The notes under the pieces are model-generated. The model was not told the origin of the DNA. It did no database searches and saw nothing but the letters and a program-made list of their open reading frames with translations. From Octopus sinensis (lineage: Eukaryota), in contig NC_043000.1 in assembly GCF_006345805.1 (NCBI RefSeq), positions 27,714,001 through 27,778,000 of the forward strand: 64,000 nt of DNA, read 5' to 3'. Shown here piece by piece: positions 45,993-57,178 of this stretch; position 1 is the first letter of the stretch, and every line of letters starts with the position of its first letter. The position numbers were made by a program, and so were the translations under genes.

Positions 45993-46415
45993 GCAACACA
46001 CACACACAAATACATACACGTACATACACCTATTGCATATGTGTTCGTGTGTGTGTGTGCTGCCCGTGTATCAACAAAACACTTTTTTCCTCGATGGAAG
46101 AAAAAACAACAAAGATCTTAACAAAAACTTACTCGCCGATAGAAGGAGACTTAACTCCTGTTTGCAAACAATGGTGATTTCTCCGACTTGAAAATTGTTA
46201 AAAGTTTTCGTTGAAAATTTATCTTTACTGCTATTCGCCGGTGCCTCTGGGAAAAATAAGTTGACGAAAATACATCTAGGGTCATGACGAATGTCCTAAA
46301 ATTGGGGCGACATTCGTGCTAAATTGGTGGACGTGCATAAATCACATTTACCTACACACACATACACACACACACTTCACACACACAAATACACACATGC
46401 CTTTATATATACAGA
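45835..46415 (-). mobile_element. Non-autonomous Helitron
   Basis: Minus strand starts A|TCTGTATATATAAAGGC and ends CCCCGGCAAAGCCGCGTTGTACTGCTAG|T. Confidence 0.85.
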
Positions 46416-46806
46416 TGTTTAGGCCATAGGTAATTAGTAGAATGAAGTTAAAATGTTATCATAGCAGATTTAAATAAGAATGGAGACGAACGAAATGAAC
46501 TACCTGAAATGATTACGCCATCAGGAATATCTTGACGATCTAACTGGACGAATTAATTAACATTTAAATGCTTCTTTCCACGGTAAACTAAAACAGTAGT
46601 TCGTCTCTATTACAGTCTATGAAAAGCTTTCGATTATTGGTCGGTAACAGGATCTGGTTACGTAACAGCTTGATTCTATAGCACAACAGTTGATGATTTT
46701 ATCCACACCAAATACAAGCCGGTCAATTGCAATGAGTCACCCACGTTGATAAACGTTCTCATTTCCCTGAACAGTCAACCAACTTAGTGGCTATATACAT
46801 TTCTAT

Positions 46807-47244
46807 GAATCTTTTCGGTTTGAACGGCAATTTTTAAAATAATTTCCACGTAACTAAACTCTTTTAAACTTCTTATACTGGTAGAATGAGTTTATAAAAC
46901 ATCTTTTTCCCTTGGCTTTATTGAGAAAATTCTATAGTTAAGATATTCTGTAAGATATTTGTTGTTTTTTTTTTTTTCAGTTTCTGCAATTTCAACCAAT
47001 CAATGACGTCTATAGAGGTGAAAACCTTCTGTGCCGTATGAATATGTCCCTCGTTTAATAAACAGATTGGGTTTATTTACATTTCTGAAGAAAAAAATAT
47101 ACCCTTCCACCAACCCTAACCCTAAATCTAACCCTAACCCTAAGACAGATTGAAATGCAATAGATCGACACTAGGGTCATAATTATGGGTGACAGTTTCA
47201 TATGACACCGCTAGAAAAAACTGCCGGTCAAACTGAAAAGATCC
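46807..47244. mobile_element. MITE with GG..CC termini and an 8-bp TSD (Merlin-like), copy 1
   Basis: TIR G(A)ATCTTTTCGGTTTGAACGGC / GCCGGTCAAACTGAAAAGATCC; ATTTCTAT occurs at 46799-46806 and 47245-47252; internal (CCCTAA)-like repeats. Confidence 0.85.
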
Positions 47245-48346
47245 ATTTCTATCAAACTTTGTGCTTCATAATTCAATATGTCTTTCAGGAACGACTTCAT
47301 TTGCTTTGTTTTATTTTTGCATACGAAAATAGACCATTCTTCTTAGAAGATATATACCCTTATCTTTCATAAAAGCATTTTATACCGCTTGTAAGCTTTT
47401 ATGAAATCTCTCACTAAAGCCTTCCAATATCCACCAACCATATTTGTTAATAACGTCCCTTATAGAGCATTGCTAACAACATCAAGAAACACAAACGTCG
47501 CGCTCAAATTTGGTATCATTAGTCTTTGGAAACAAAGGCTCATTAAACAGTTTTTCGTCATTCGTTTTTGCTCGGTATTTCGACGTTAATTTGTTCAATG
47601 ATATTTTCAATGTCATTCGTTTGAAAAATATTTGCTTCCTTATCTGTTTACATGTAAACAGTAGAAATATTTCTCATTGAAATTTCAAACGCTAAAGATT
47701 CCGTTCAATAACTTCACTTATTTTTTTGCTTCATTTAGTGCTCGTCACTTAACTATTATGGAAACATTGAAGTTTTTATTCACTCATCTGCCTTCCATAT
47801 ATAAAACAGAATTAACGTGACATTTTCACTGTAATTCTCTTGAAGCATTTATTGATTAACTCAAGTGTTACTACTAGAAATCACTTTCTATTTAGTTAAA
47901 AATATATTTATTTGCTGCCACAAATTTGTATCAACAGCTTTAAATATTTAAGCATTTATTTTATTGTCAATGGTGTAAGTATCACGCAAATGTTATTAAC
48001 ATTTGCGCTCCATATTTCAAGGTAAATTTATTTTTGTGACATTTTGATTGTCATTCATTTCTAACGTTTCTATATTTCTTTATCCATAAATAGAATGTTT
48101 TCATTTACTATTCATGTACAAAATATATGGAAGAGTTACGTTCGTTTGCCCGTAAAAAGTTCCATAAATATCACAACATACTTCTTCATTTCTTTCATAT
48201 TTCTCATTACCTTTATATTTAAAGAATCATTTTATGACGTGGCCCATTACTAAACTTGGAGAGAGCCAAGATTGCTCCTGGAATATTGGGTGCAATGTGC
48301 TGGTATCAGTGTTTTACTTGGGAGCTTACCAGGAAAGCTTGGATTA

Positions 48347-48892
48347 CGGGATTGAATAAAAAATTATCCGACTTTATCTATTCACCGACACAAATTCTTC
48401 ACTATAATGGAATCCACTGATCTTGTCCCACTTCGTGCGTAAATTCCGGGATTGTTAAAAGACGGCTTTCCTTAGCTATTTCTCATCAGATTTTCGTTTC
48501 TGCTTGTGGATGGCCTGCTTGAGCGTGCCTCGCTCTCCACTAAGGTGCAACTATGCTTGAAACGGTTTTACTTCTCCTTGAACTGCGTTTCGCCTATGGC
48601 ATCATCGCCATAGACCTGCTGAATCTTCTGGATAGTTTGATTATTACGAAGCTCTTGCAAAACCTGACATGATATCTCTGCTCGGGGCGTTCGGTGAAGG
48701 ACGAAAATCCGACAGGTGCGCACCATATGACTATTGTAGTCGTAACAGCCGGGAACTGACTCGGCCTACGGGCATGAAAGCTTCCCTACATGCGCAGGAA
48801 GAGTGATGTCACTTCCTACCTAAATGGTATTGCGCATGCGGCATTAGCTTTGATGGGAAAAATTAAATCGGATATTTTTTGAACGTACCACA
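48347..48892 (-). mobile_element. Internally deleted mariner element
   Basis: Degenerate TIRs (AAAAAATTATCCGACTTT / AAATCGGATATTTTTTGAAC) flanked by TA. Minus-strand translation gives IQQVYGDDAIGETQFKEK*NRFKHSCTLVESEARSSRPSTSRN, the mariner N-terminal HTH region. Confidence 0.82.
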
Positions 48893-49539
48893 TACATGGA
48901 ACCATTATTAAAAGTCAACTAACACAATTTAGTTTACTTTACAGCATTGTTTCTAAATTTACTGCAAACCTAGAAACCCCTACATATTGCCTTTCCCTCA
49001 AGGTAGGTACACACATCAAGGTCCTGTCAAAATTTGCTTCTCCATGTTGTGAAATTTGACAAGTTTGGCCGTTAAAATCGCATACCCTACGACACAAAGT
49101 ATATATATATCTTCTGAGAATGCCAAATAATCTATTAATATTCAATTTAAGTTCAAAGAATTCCAAATTCTTGTATGTCTATCTTCCCTAATGTCATGCC
49201 AGGGTGCTATAAGCCTTTAACTTCTTGAAAGAGTCTTCAAGGTGTATATGGTTGGCCTCAGTCATTTTATTTTATTTTACATGTTTGAACCACAGGATTG
49301 GTAATTTCATTGTAATTTCATTTCCACATCTCTATCTCCGTTTTTAGTCTTGATGAATGAAGGACTACCTTTATTTGCGTTTCTTGTTGTGATATCAGTG
49401 AACTCTCACCTCACATTAAATTTTTCTACAACAAATTCACCTGGACGTCTCGTAGCTTTTTTCTTTTCTTTTCCTTTTTTGCCAAGTCTTGAAAGCCGCA
49501 GACACTTGAAGCTTATTATGTACTTATGAATGTATATAT

Positions 49540-49770
49540 GTATGGAAGCACTCCGTCGGTTACGACGATGAGGGTTCCGGTTGATCCGAATCAACGGAAC
49601 AGCCTGCTCGTGAAATTAACGTGTAAATGGCTGAGCACTCCACAGACACGTGCACCCATAACGTAGTTCTCGGGGATATTCAGCGTGACACAGAGAGTGA
49701 CAAGGCCGGCTCCTTGAAATACAGGTACAACAGAAACAGGAAGTAAGAGTGAGAGAAAGTTGTGGTGAAA
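49540..49770 (-). mobile_element. SINE family B, 3' half
   Basis: Near-identical reverse complement of about 29540-29765. Confidence 0.9.
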
Positions 49771-50361
49771 GATCGTGTTAGAGAGAGAGAGAAGGGGGGA
49801 TTGATAACCATTGTTTAATGTTGGACAAGTATCTTTAAACTGAATAATAAATATTTAACCACTTTTGTGTTAAAAGGGCATAAACATAGCACAGAAAATT
49901 CTTTAAACGCTTACGTAATTCGCACTTGAAACGATAACCATAAATATGGGTAATTTTCCTCACTGACCTTATCATTCTAATCTTGTGTCCAGCAGTCTGT
50001 ACTGAGAATTATATATGGCCGACGCATTTGGGCATAAAATATTAGCATAGAATGTAACGCAGGGCACAAACATCCAGATAAGTGGTGACACTGTATAATT
50101 AATATGCGTCAGTTATTGCAATTCTTCCTGCATTTACTAAGAAGCATTTCAAACGCTTATGTTTTAGGTATACATAATTTAATACCCTTTCTTCATAGGA
50201 CTCGTAAATATTTGTAAATATTTAATATATTGGTAGCCTAACATTCTAAAAATAAACTAAAGAGATAAATCAGTGAATTTCGTGTCTCCAAATCCATATA
50301 TTTCTGTGAGATTTCATATGTATAATTTTGCTGATTCTAGGTATGAAGTATTTCTTCACAT

Positions 50362-50516
50362 GGCGTGTGTGGTAAGTAGCTTACTTAAAAACTACATGGT
50401 TCCGGGTACTGTCCCACTGCGTAGCACCTTGGGCAAGTGTCTTCTACTATAGCCTTAGGCCGACCAAAGCGTCGTGAGTGGATTTAGTAGACGGAAACTG
50501 AAAGAAGCCCATCGTA

Positions 50517-50559
<43 letters not shown>

Positions 50560-50740
50560 GTACGAGTGTGTATATGCTTTTGTGTCTCTATTTGACCCCC
50601 TCAACATCGCTTGACAACCGATGCTGGTGTGTTTACGTACTAGGCTTACAAATAATAAGTCCTGGGGTCGATTTACTCGACTACAAGCGGTGCTCCAGCA
50701 TGGCCACATTCATATGACTGAAACGAGTAAAAGAGTAAAA
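50362..50740 (+). mobile_element. SINE family C with an internal deletion
   Basis: Head, GCACCTTGGGCAAGTGTCTTC, TA array and the tail GGTGCTCCAGCATGGCCAC..ACTGAAAC. Confidence 0.88.
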
Positions 50741-51184
50741 GAGTAATGGTATTTATTTTTGCTGCGTTTGTATATCCGTTCCACGCGGAATATAAGATAA
50801 ACGCAAAAGAAAGGGGAATTGGTTTACTACGGTAAGGAAGTAACAGTGTCTTCTTGAAAATTGTTTAGAATTTCTTGTTGAAATGTGAAACTAAACGCTT
50901 GGAACTCGAAGATGGACCACAGTATTAAGCTGTAAAATTTGACACAAAATCGCTGGACACAAAAATCTTGCATTCCATTTAGGAAATTTCCGAAGAAACA
51001 TTTAATAATTTTCAATGCACGTGTGTGCGCGTGTTTGTAAGTGTGTGAGTAAGTGTGTCTGAATGTGTGTGCGTGAGCCCAAATTTATCATTAAAACGGT
51101 TGTTAAGCAGTGGTGGGAATAAATACACACACACACACACACACACATATATGTATATATATATATATGTATCATACATACACA

Positions 51185-51303
51185 CATGCAATAGGGACTT
51201 CTTTCAGTTGAAACAACGTAGAAGAAACTTGTCCCATACTGTAGGACTGAACCCGGAAAGATATGGTTGAAAAGCAAATTTCTGACTACACAGCTACGCC
51301 CGC
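51185..51303 (-). mobile_element. SINE family C, 5' fragment
   Basis: GGACTGAACCCGGAA..CTACACAGCTACGCC matches the reverse complement of the family C head. Confidence 0.65.
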
Positions 51304-51904
51304 AGCTTTATATGCGGGAGAGAAGGAAGAGTGCATCTTTACATACTTTGGACTTCAATATACTTCATTTAAAATTTAATATTTGACACTGAATGATTCT
51401 AGCCCCGATGATACTGACCATCAGGGTTTATATACAAATGCTTTACAGAATAAAAAGTTTCGCGTGATTACGCTAACAAAAGAATTATGGTGACTCGTAG
51501 AAAAATATTTGCATCAGATAGTCCTGATGGAAATGCTAAATAGTTTACTGATCTGGAGGAGAGACGTGGAGGTTGTTATTTTAATATTAAACTGCTTCTG
51601 TTATTTATATCGCAAAATGGATGAGTTATAAGAAAGATTTACAAGGGTTAGTTGAAATGATCGTGGCTGGAGGCTCAACCTTCCAAGTTCTTTAACAGGA
51701 CTTAGAAAACCTGAAGGACCGCCGGAGTACTAATGTTTGACAGCTGAGAGCATTGGAATAACGTGAAACGAAGCGTTTTGACCATAAACACGAGTCGCCT
51801 GGTTTACGAATTGAAACAATCTACCGATCATGAGTGTAACACTATTTATTAAGCCAGGAACATCTACGTATAATAATATACGAACACACACACACATATA
51901 TATA

Positions 51905-51947
<43 letters not shown>

Positions 51948-52287
51948 TGTGTGTGTGTGTGTGCGTATATCTGTGTGTGCAGAGATATATAGTGGCCAGC
52001 GCAGCTCTGTGTTTAAGGTGTTCGCTTCGTAACCATGTAGTTTCACGTTCCTTCTCACTGTGCCGGAAGTTAGGAACATGTCCTCTACTACTGTACTATA
52101 GCTCCCAGATCATCAAGACACTGTGGAAACGAACAGTGTGTGAAGCGCCAAACTTTTCAGCTTCCACTCGTGTGTGTGTATATACATGTATATATATATA
52201 TATACACACACACATATATATATATACCCACTTAAGGATCCTTAAAGATTTCCTGCATTCGCCGACAAGACTGGGAACTGGTATAGG

Positions 52288-54249
52288 TTGGACTACCAAA
52301 CCTACAAATCGCTCATCATGAGAGAGCTTAGCAAAAAATATAAAACTACTTCTACAGATAACCTTAAGAAAATTAACTACAAAATCAAAGAAGTTATGAC
52401 CAAATTAGACCTCCTAGACAGAACGGAACCGATCAAACCACAGGTACCCAAAATCAGTATTAAGGACCACAAGAAAGACTTCCCGGATAACGTAGGAGTA
52501 CGGTTAACCTGTCCGACTAAATCGGATATAGGCAGACTCAGTAAGACTATCCTGGACAAGGTGATCCCACACATCAAACCCCACATCCCACTCCAACTAT
52601 GGATTAACACCAACGATGTGCTTGAATGGTTTAACACAATCACCAACAGACCCAACTACTCATTCATCCAGTTTGACATAGCTAAATACTACGCCAGTAT
52701 ATCCTACATCTTACTTAACAAATCCCTTATATATGCCCGCAGCCTTTCGCTCATAGACAGAGAAAAAATCGACATAATACTATTAGCCAGAAAAACTATA
52801 ATAGAATTCGACGGTAAACTTTGGACCAGATCCGATACCCCCGAAAACTTTGATGTGGCTATGGGCTCGAGCGATTCAGCTCAGGTGACTGACTTGATCG
52901 GGGCCTACCTACTCAAGAAGCTTTTCTCCGAGGTACCGGATCTACAGGGGGGTCTATACAGGGATGACGCTCTCTTCATATACCCCACTAACAATAGGAG
53001 TAAACTAGAAAGAATTAGGAAAAAGATCAGACTATTTTTCAAATCCTTCAATCTTCAACTAGAATTTATGACTAACACAAAAATAGTAAACTTCTTAGAT
53101 GTTACGTTAGACTTGAATAAGTACCTTCACCACCCGTATAGGAAACCCGAAGAAACGACTAAATATATCCACACCTCTTCCAACCACCCACCCTGTATAA
53201 TTAGCACCACGGTCCAAGCCATCTCAGACAGACTCACTAAGCTATCCTCTAACAGAGATATATTCAATAATCACGCACAAGACTACAACCAGGCTCTCTC
53301 TAGTGCTGGGTATACCCAGAGAATATCCTATGTAGACCCTCCAGGAACGTCCGTCAGCTGTAAAACTCCCACTTATAAACGAACTCCGTATTCAACCCAA
53401 GCTAACGCTAATTCTAATTTAACTTCTAAGCAACGTATAGGAAAAAGGCGAACCAATAGAATAGTACACAATGATAACCCTTCCGACGAGAGCAACACAG
53501 ATCATATTAGGAGAAATAGAGGCGGAAATAGTAGATTACGCAAATATATATGGTACAACATACCATACAACATAGCAGTTAAGGGTAAATTATGTAAGAG
53601 AATATTCTCTATCATTTCCAACAACTTTCCACCCACCCATAAGTATAGAAGTATCTTCTCCAACAAAACCATTAGGATCTCCTACTCTACCCTGCCCAAC
53701 ATGAGCTGCCTCATAGCTAAGCATAACTATATTAACATTAGAACAGCTAGATTAAGAGCAGGCGATAACAACCAATCGAACCCTATTCATCCAGACAGTA
53801 GTCAATATAATCGGGCTGGCAACCATAACACCCAAACAGTTAGTAATAACACCCGCCAACACAACAGAGGCAACACCACACCCATCAACAACCAGGAGGA
53901 TAACAGTGCCCCTACACTTAATGCAACACCTACGCCTAGGACTAACAGCACACGACCGGGAAATGCAGTGCACTGCAACTGCATATGTGCATCCGAGTGT
54001 CCGCTACGTGGTGTATGTAGGGCGAAAAACGTAATCTATTCATGTGAGGTGAGTACCCAGTTTAACACACTCACCTACATAGGTTGCTCGACCTCCTGGA
54101 AATCTAGATACTACAACCACCGGTCCTCGTTTAAGCATAGACATAAAGCTAGCAGCACCTCCCTTTCTAAGAAACTTTGGGAATTAAAAGACAAAAGCAT
54201 AGGTTTCAAACTCAGGTGGTCATCATCGGATCAACTGCACCTTATTTAA
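52288..54249 (+). CDS. Penelope-like RT-GIY-YIG polyprotein (653 aa; C-terminus continues by frameshift to about 54400)
   Basis: QFDIAKYYASI, VAMGSSDSAQVTDLIG, YRDD, VNFLDVTLDL, YIHTSSNHPP and the Cys linker CNC..CPLRGVCRAKNVIYSC, then TYIGCSTSWKSRYYNH. Confidence 0.92.
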   Translation: MDYQTYKSLIMRELSKKYKTTSTDNLKKINYKIKEVMTKLDLLDRTEPIKPQVPKISIKDHKKDFPDNVGVRLTCPTKSDIGRLSKTILDKVIPHIKPHIPLQLWINTNDVLEWFNTITNRPNYSFIQFDIAKYYASISYILLNKSLIYARSLSLIDREKIDIILLARKTIIEFDGKLWTRSDTPENFDVAMGSSDSAQVTDLIGAYLLKKLFSEVPDLQGGLYRDDALFIYPTNNRSKLERIRKKIRLFFKSFNLQLEFMTNTKIVNFLDVTLDLNKYLHHPYRKPEETTKYIHTSSNHPPCIISTTVQAISDRLTKLSSNRDIFNNHAQDYNQALSSAGYTQRISYVDPPGTSVSCKTPTYKRTPYSTQANANSNLTSKQRIGKRRTNRIVHNDNPSDESNTDHIRRNRGGNSRLRKYIWYNIPYNIAVKGKLCKRIFSIISNNFPPTHKYRSIFSNKTIRISYSTLPNMSCLIAKHNYINIRTARLRAGDNNQSNPIHPDSSQYNRAGNHNTQTVSNNTRQHNRGNTTPINNQEDNSAPTLNATPTPRTNSTRPGNAVHCNCICASECPLRGVCRAKNVIYSCEVSTQFNTLTYIGCSTSWKSRYYNHRSSFKHRHKASSTSLSKKLWELKDKSIGFKLRWSSSDQLHLI

Positions 54250-54459
54250 ATAACAGAGCAGGATGCCAACTATGTTGTGTAGAACTCCTGAATATCTTGA
54301 AATTCAAGGAGAAACACAATCTTATTAACAAAAGGTCAGAGTTCTAGCCGTCTTGTATACACAAACTTATTAATACTTTCAAATACTACAAAACTTAGGC
54401 TATTATACCAACTCCCCCATGCAATTTCTTCCCACCCAAGTGCAACCTGTCGGCTCCAG

Positions 54460-56720
54460 CGCATCTCGTTTTCCTATATATATTTTCCTATATATACATA
54501 TTTTGTCTTACATATTTTGTCTCCCATATATGTTTTCTCCTATATATTTCTTCTCCTACACCTACCTTCTTCCTATCTAGATTTTTTGTTTCCCTATATC
54601 TATACCTTTTTCCTTTTTTCTGGCTCTGATGTTGAGCGCACACCACCAAACCCCGCTTCCCACCCTTCCAATTTCCAGTTCCCCCCGCCCGCCCCTACGT
54701 GGTCACCTTTAAAACACACCTATAACTTTACATTTTCAACCACCCTTTATTTTTACCTTCATTTCATGTTAAGCTTTACCCGATTACATTTTTATTTTAT
54801 TTTATTTTATTTTACTTTATTTTTATTCTTATTTTTATTCTTTATTTTATTTTTATATTTTATTTCTTATTTTTATTTCTAATTCTTATCCTTACCCTTA
54901 TTCTTACTCCTATTTTTACCCCTATTTTACCACTTTATATCTCTATATATGTCTATTTTTAGCTTTTTTCCTTATTTACTTATCTATGTATCCGCTTTAT
55001 GATTATACGTGTATCTGTGTATGTATGTATATGTATATATGTGTGTGCGTATATATGAGTAAATATCTGTGTTTATATGTGTACCCCCCCCCGTTATACT
55101 TTTTTAATAAATTTTTTTACATGCTTTTGTAGATTTCTTATATACATTTTTTTATACATCTTTTAATATCTTATATCTATACCTATATGTGTGTGTGTCT
55201 GTGTATGTGTATTTAAGTGTATGTGTACACGCACGTATAGACACACAGATGTGTGTGTGTGTGCGTGTGGAACGTGTGCGCGGGTCCGTTTTTTTACATG
55301 CGTTTGTAGATTTCTTATATACATATATACATTTTTTATACATCTTTTAATATCTTTAATATCTTATACCTATACCTATATGTGTGTGTGTCTGTGTATG
55401 TGTATGTAAGTGTATGTGCACACACACGTATAGACACACAGGTGTGTGTGTGTGTGCGTGTGGATACGTGTGCGTGGGTCCGTGTGTATGCATATATGCG
55501 TGTATGTATGTACATGTGGGTGTGTATGTATGCACATATATATATGTGCGTGTGCGGGTATGGGTGTGTGTATGTGTGTGTATGTATATGTGTGTATATG
55601 TGTATATGTATATATGTACATATATATATATATATATACATATATGTGTATATATATATGCGTATGTGTGTGTGTGTGTGTATATATATATATGTGTGTA
55701 TGCATATTCTGTTAAAATCTTTTGCCCGCAAGTTTCTTACGTTCATGTCTACCTTCTGTACCCACTATGACTCCGTATCTCACCCGTGTGCGAGAACGGA
55801 TCTTTTTGTTATACCTGTGTCAGTGCATATGCACACTTTTGTGTATAGGCATAGGGATCTACTCCCCCATGTGCGTGGGGGTGGACGCGAGTGCAGGTGT
55901 ATACATATTCCTGCCCACACGCATAGAGATCCACTTCGTCTTGTACATGCGTGTAAGTGCGAGTGTGCCTATATGATCGCATGTGAGTGTATGTATGTAC
56001 GTACGTATGCGCGTCGGTTCGTGTACCCAACTACATGCGCCTTTTTCCATATATATCTGTATATGTTTGCACGAGAGTACGTATGTATGCTTGTATGCGT
56101 ATAGTTGCGTATGCGTGCGTATATGTGCGCGTGTATATGGGTGTATATATCCATGCGTGTACGTATGTACATGATGACCACTTAATACGTTACGAAGAAC
56201 TAGATAAGCGGCCTAACCAAACAACTCTAATTTACAATACACTAGGTCCCCAGACGCCCCGGTTGATTTATGACACCCAAGGCTTCTACAACCAGAATTT
56301 GTCATTTTCCTGACCACCATGTCGGTCCGTAACTACTTTATATCCCTTATCCTTATATTCTTTTACATTCCTACACTCTTATACCCTTTATATTTCTGAT
56401 AATTTTTTATTTTTTTTACTTTTTATTTATTTATTTTTTTATAACTTAATACCTTTATATTCATTTATATTTTTTAATATTTTTTAAATATTTTTTATAT
56501 CTCTTTATATCTTTATACTCTACATTTTTAGATTTTTCTATACTCACATTCTTATTTTTCACTTTTTTATATATTTTTTAATATATTTTTTTATCCTTCG
56601 TCCTGAATTCTCGCCCCTCCATCTTTATCCCTATTTGCTCTTATTACCAGGTTCCTTCACGTCTGTCTGTATTTATATATGTATATATTTATTTATTCAT
56701 TTATTTATATTGCCTCAACA
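54460..56720. repeat. Compound low-complexity and microsatellite tract (TTTTA, TATG, TG) with a ~185-bp tandem duplication at 55155-55480
   Basis: Read directly. Confidence 0.9.
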
Positions 56721-56869
56721 TCCAAACTTCCTCATTCTACATTGAGAGAAGGACGAGATGGACGCTTCATTTTTATGCTGTTGCCGCATTATGTCGTACG
56801 CGAATGAGAGGATTTGCATCCCCAACGTAGAATTTTTGATGTAATACATGTCCTTGAGGTAGTAGTTGT

Positions 56870-56951
56870 GCGCGGCTGAAGAAGGCCATAGATACACATT
56901 ATGCATTGTTATAAATCCGTCTAATAAAGGCCCGAAACATATGTACCTCTG
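56870..56951 (+). ncRNA. Type I hammerhead ribozyme fold in a PLE pLTR
   Basis: GCGCGG-CTGAAGA-AGGCC...GGCCC-GAAA-CATATG-TA|CCTCTG. The core is intact, helix III is the palindrome ACATATGT and helix I is partly mismatched. Confidence 0.68.
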
Positions 56952-57087
56952 AATCCTTGGCATCATGTTTTTATTTTGATTAATTATTTTGATTAATTTT
57001 ATATATACATACATATATAACCGCGTTTCTCCTCTCCACACACACACACATATATATATATAGAGTAAGAGAGAGAGAAACCTGAAT

Positions 57088-57178
<91 letters not shown>

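Larger units (their letters stand above)
52227..57030 (+). mobile_element. Penelope-like element (Neptune-type), 5'-truncated, with a long microsatellite-rich 3' region and pLTR
   Basis: RT+GIY-YIG ORF at 52288-54249 and a hammerhead fold at 56870-56951. Linking the ORF to this pLTR is inference. Confidence 0.75.

Noticed and set aside
47110-47143. CCCTAA repeats as a true telomere or fusion scar
   Set aside because: They are short, degenerate and internal to a MITE that is present twice.
48455-48495. CTGATGA..GAAA on the minus strand
   Set aside because: It lies within mariner coding sequence and the helices do not form.
50830-51005. Possible mariner HTH remnant (LELEDGPQ..VKFD)
   Set aside because: It is too short and degenerate, and no TIR was found.
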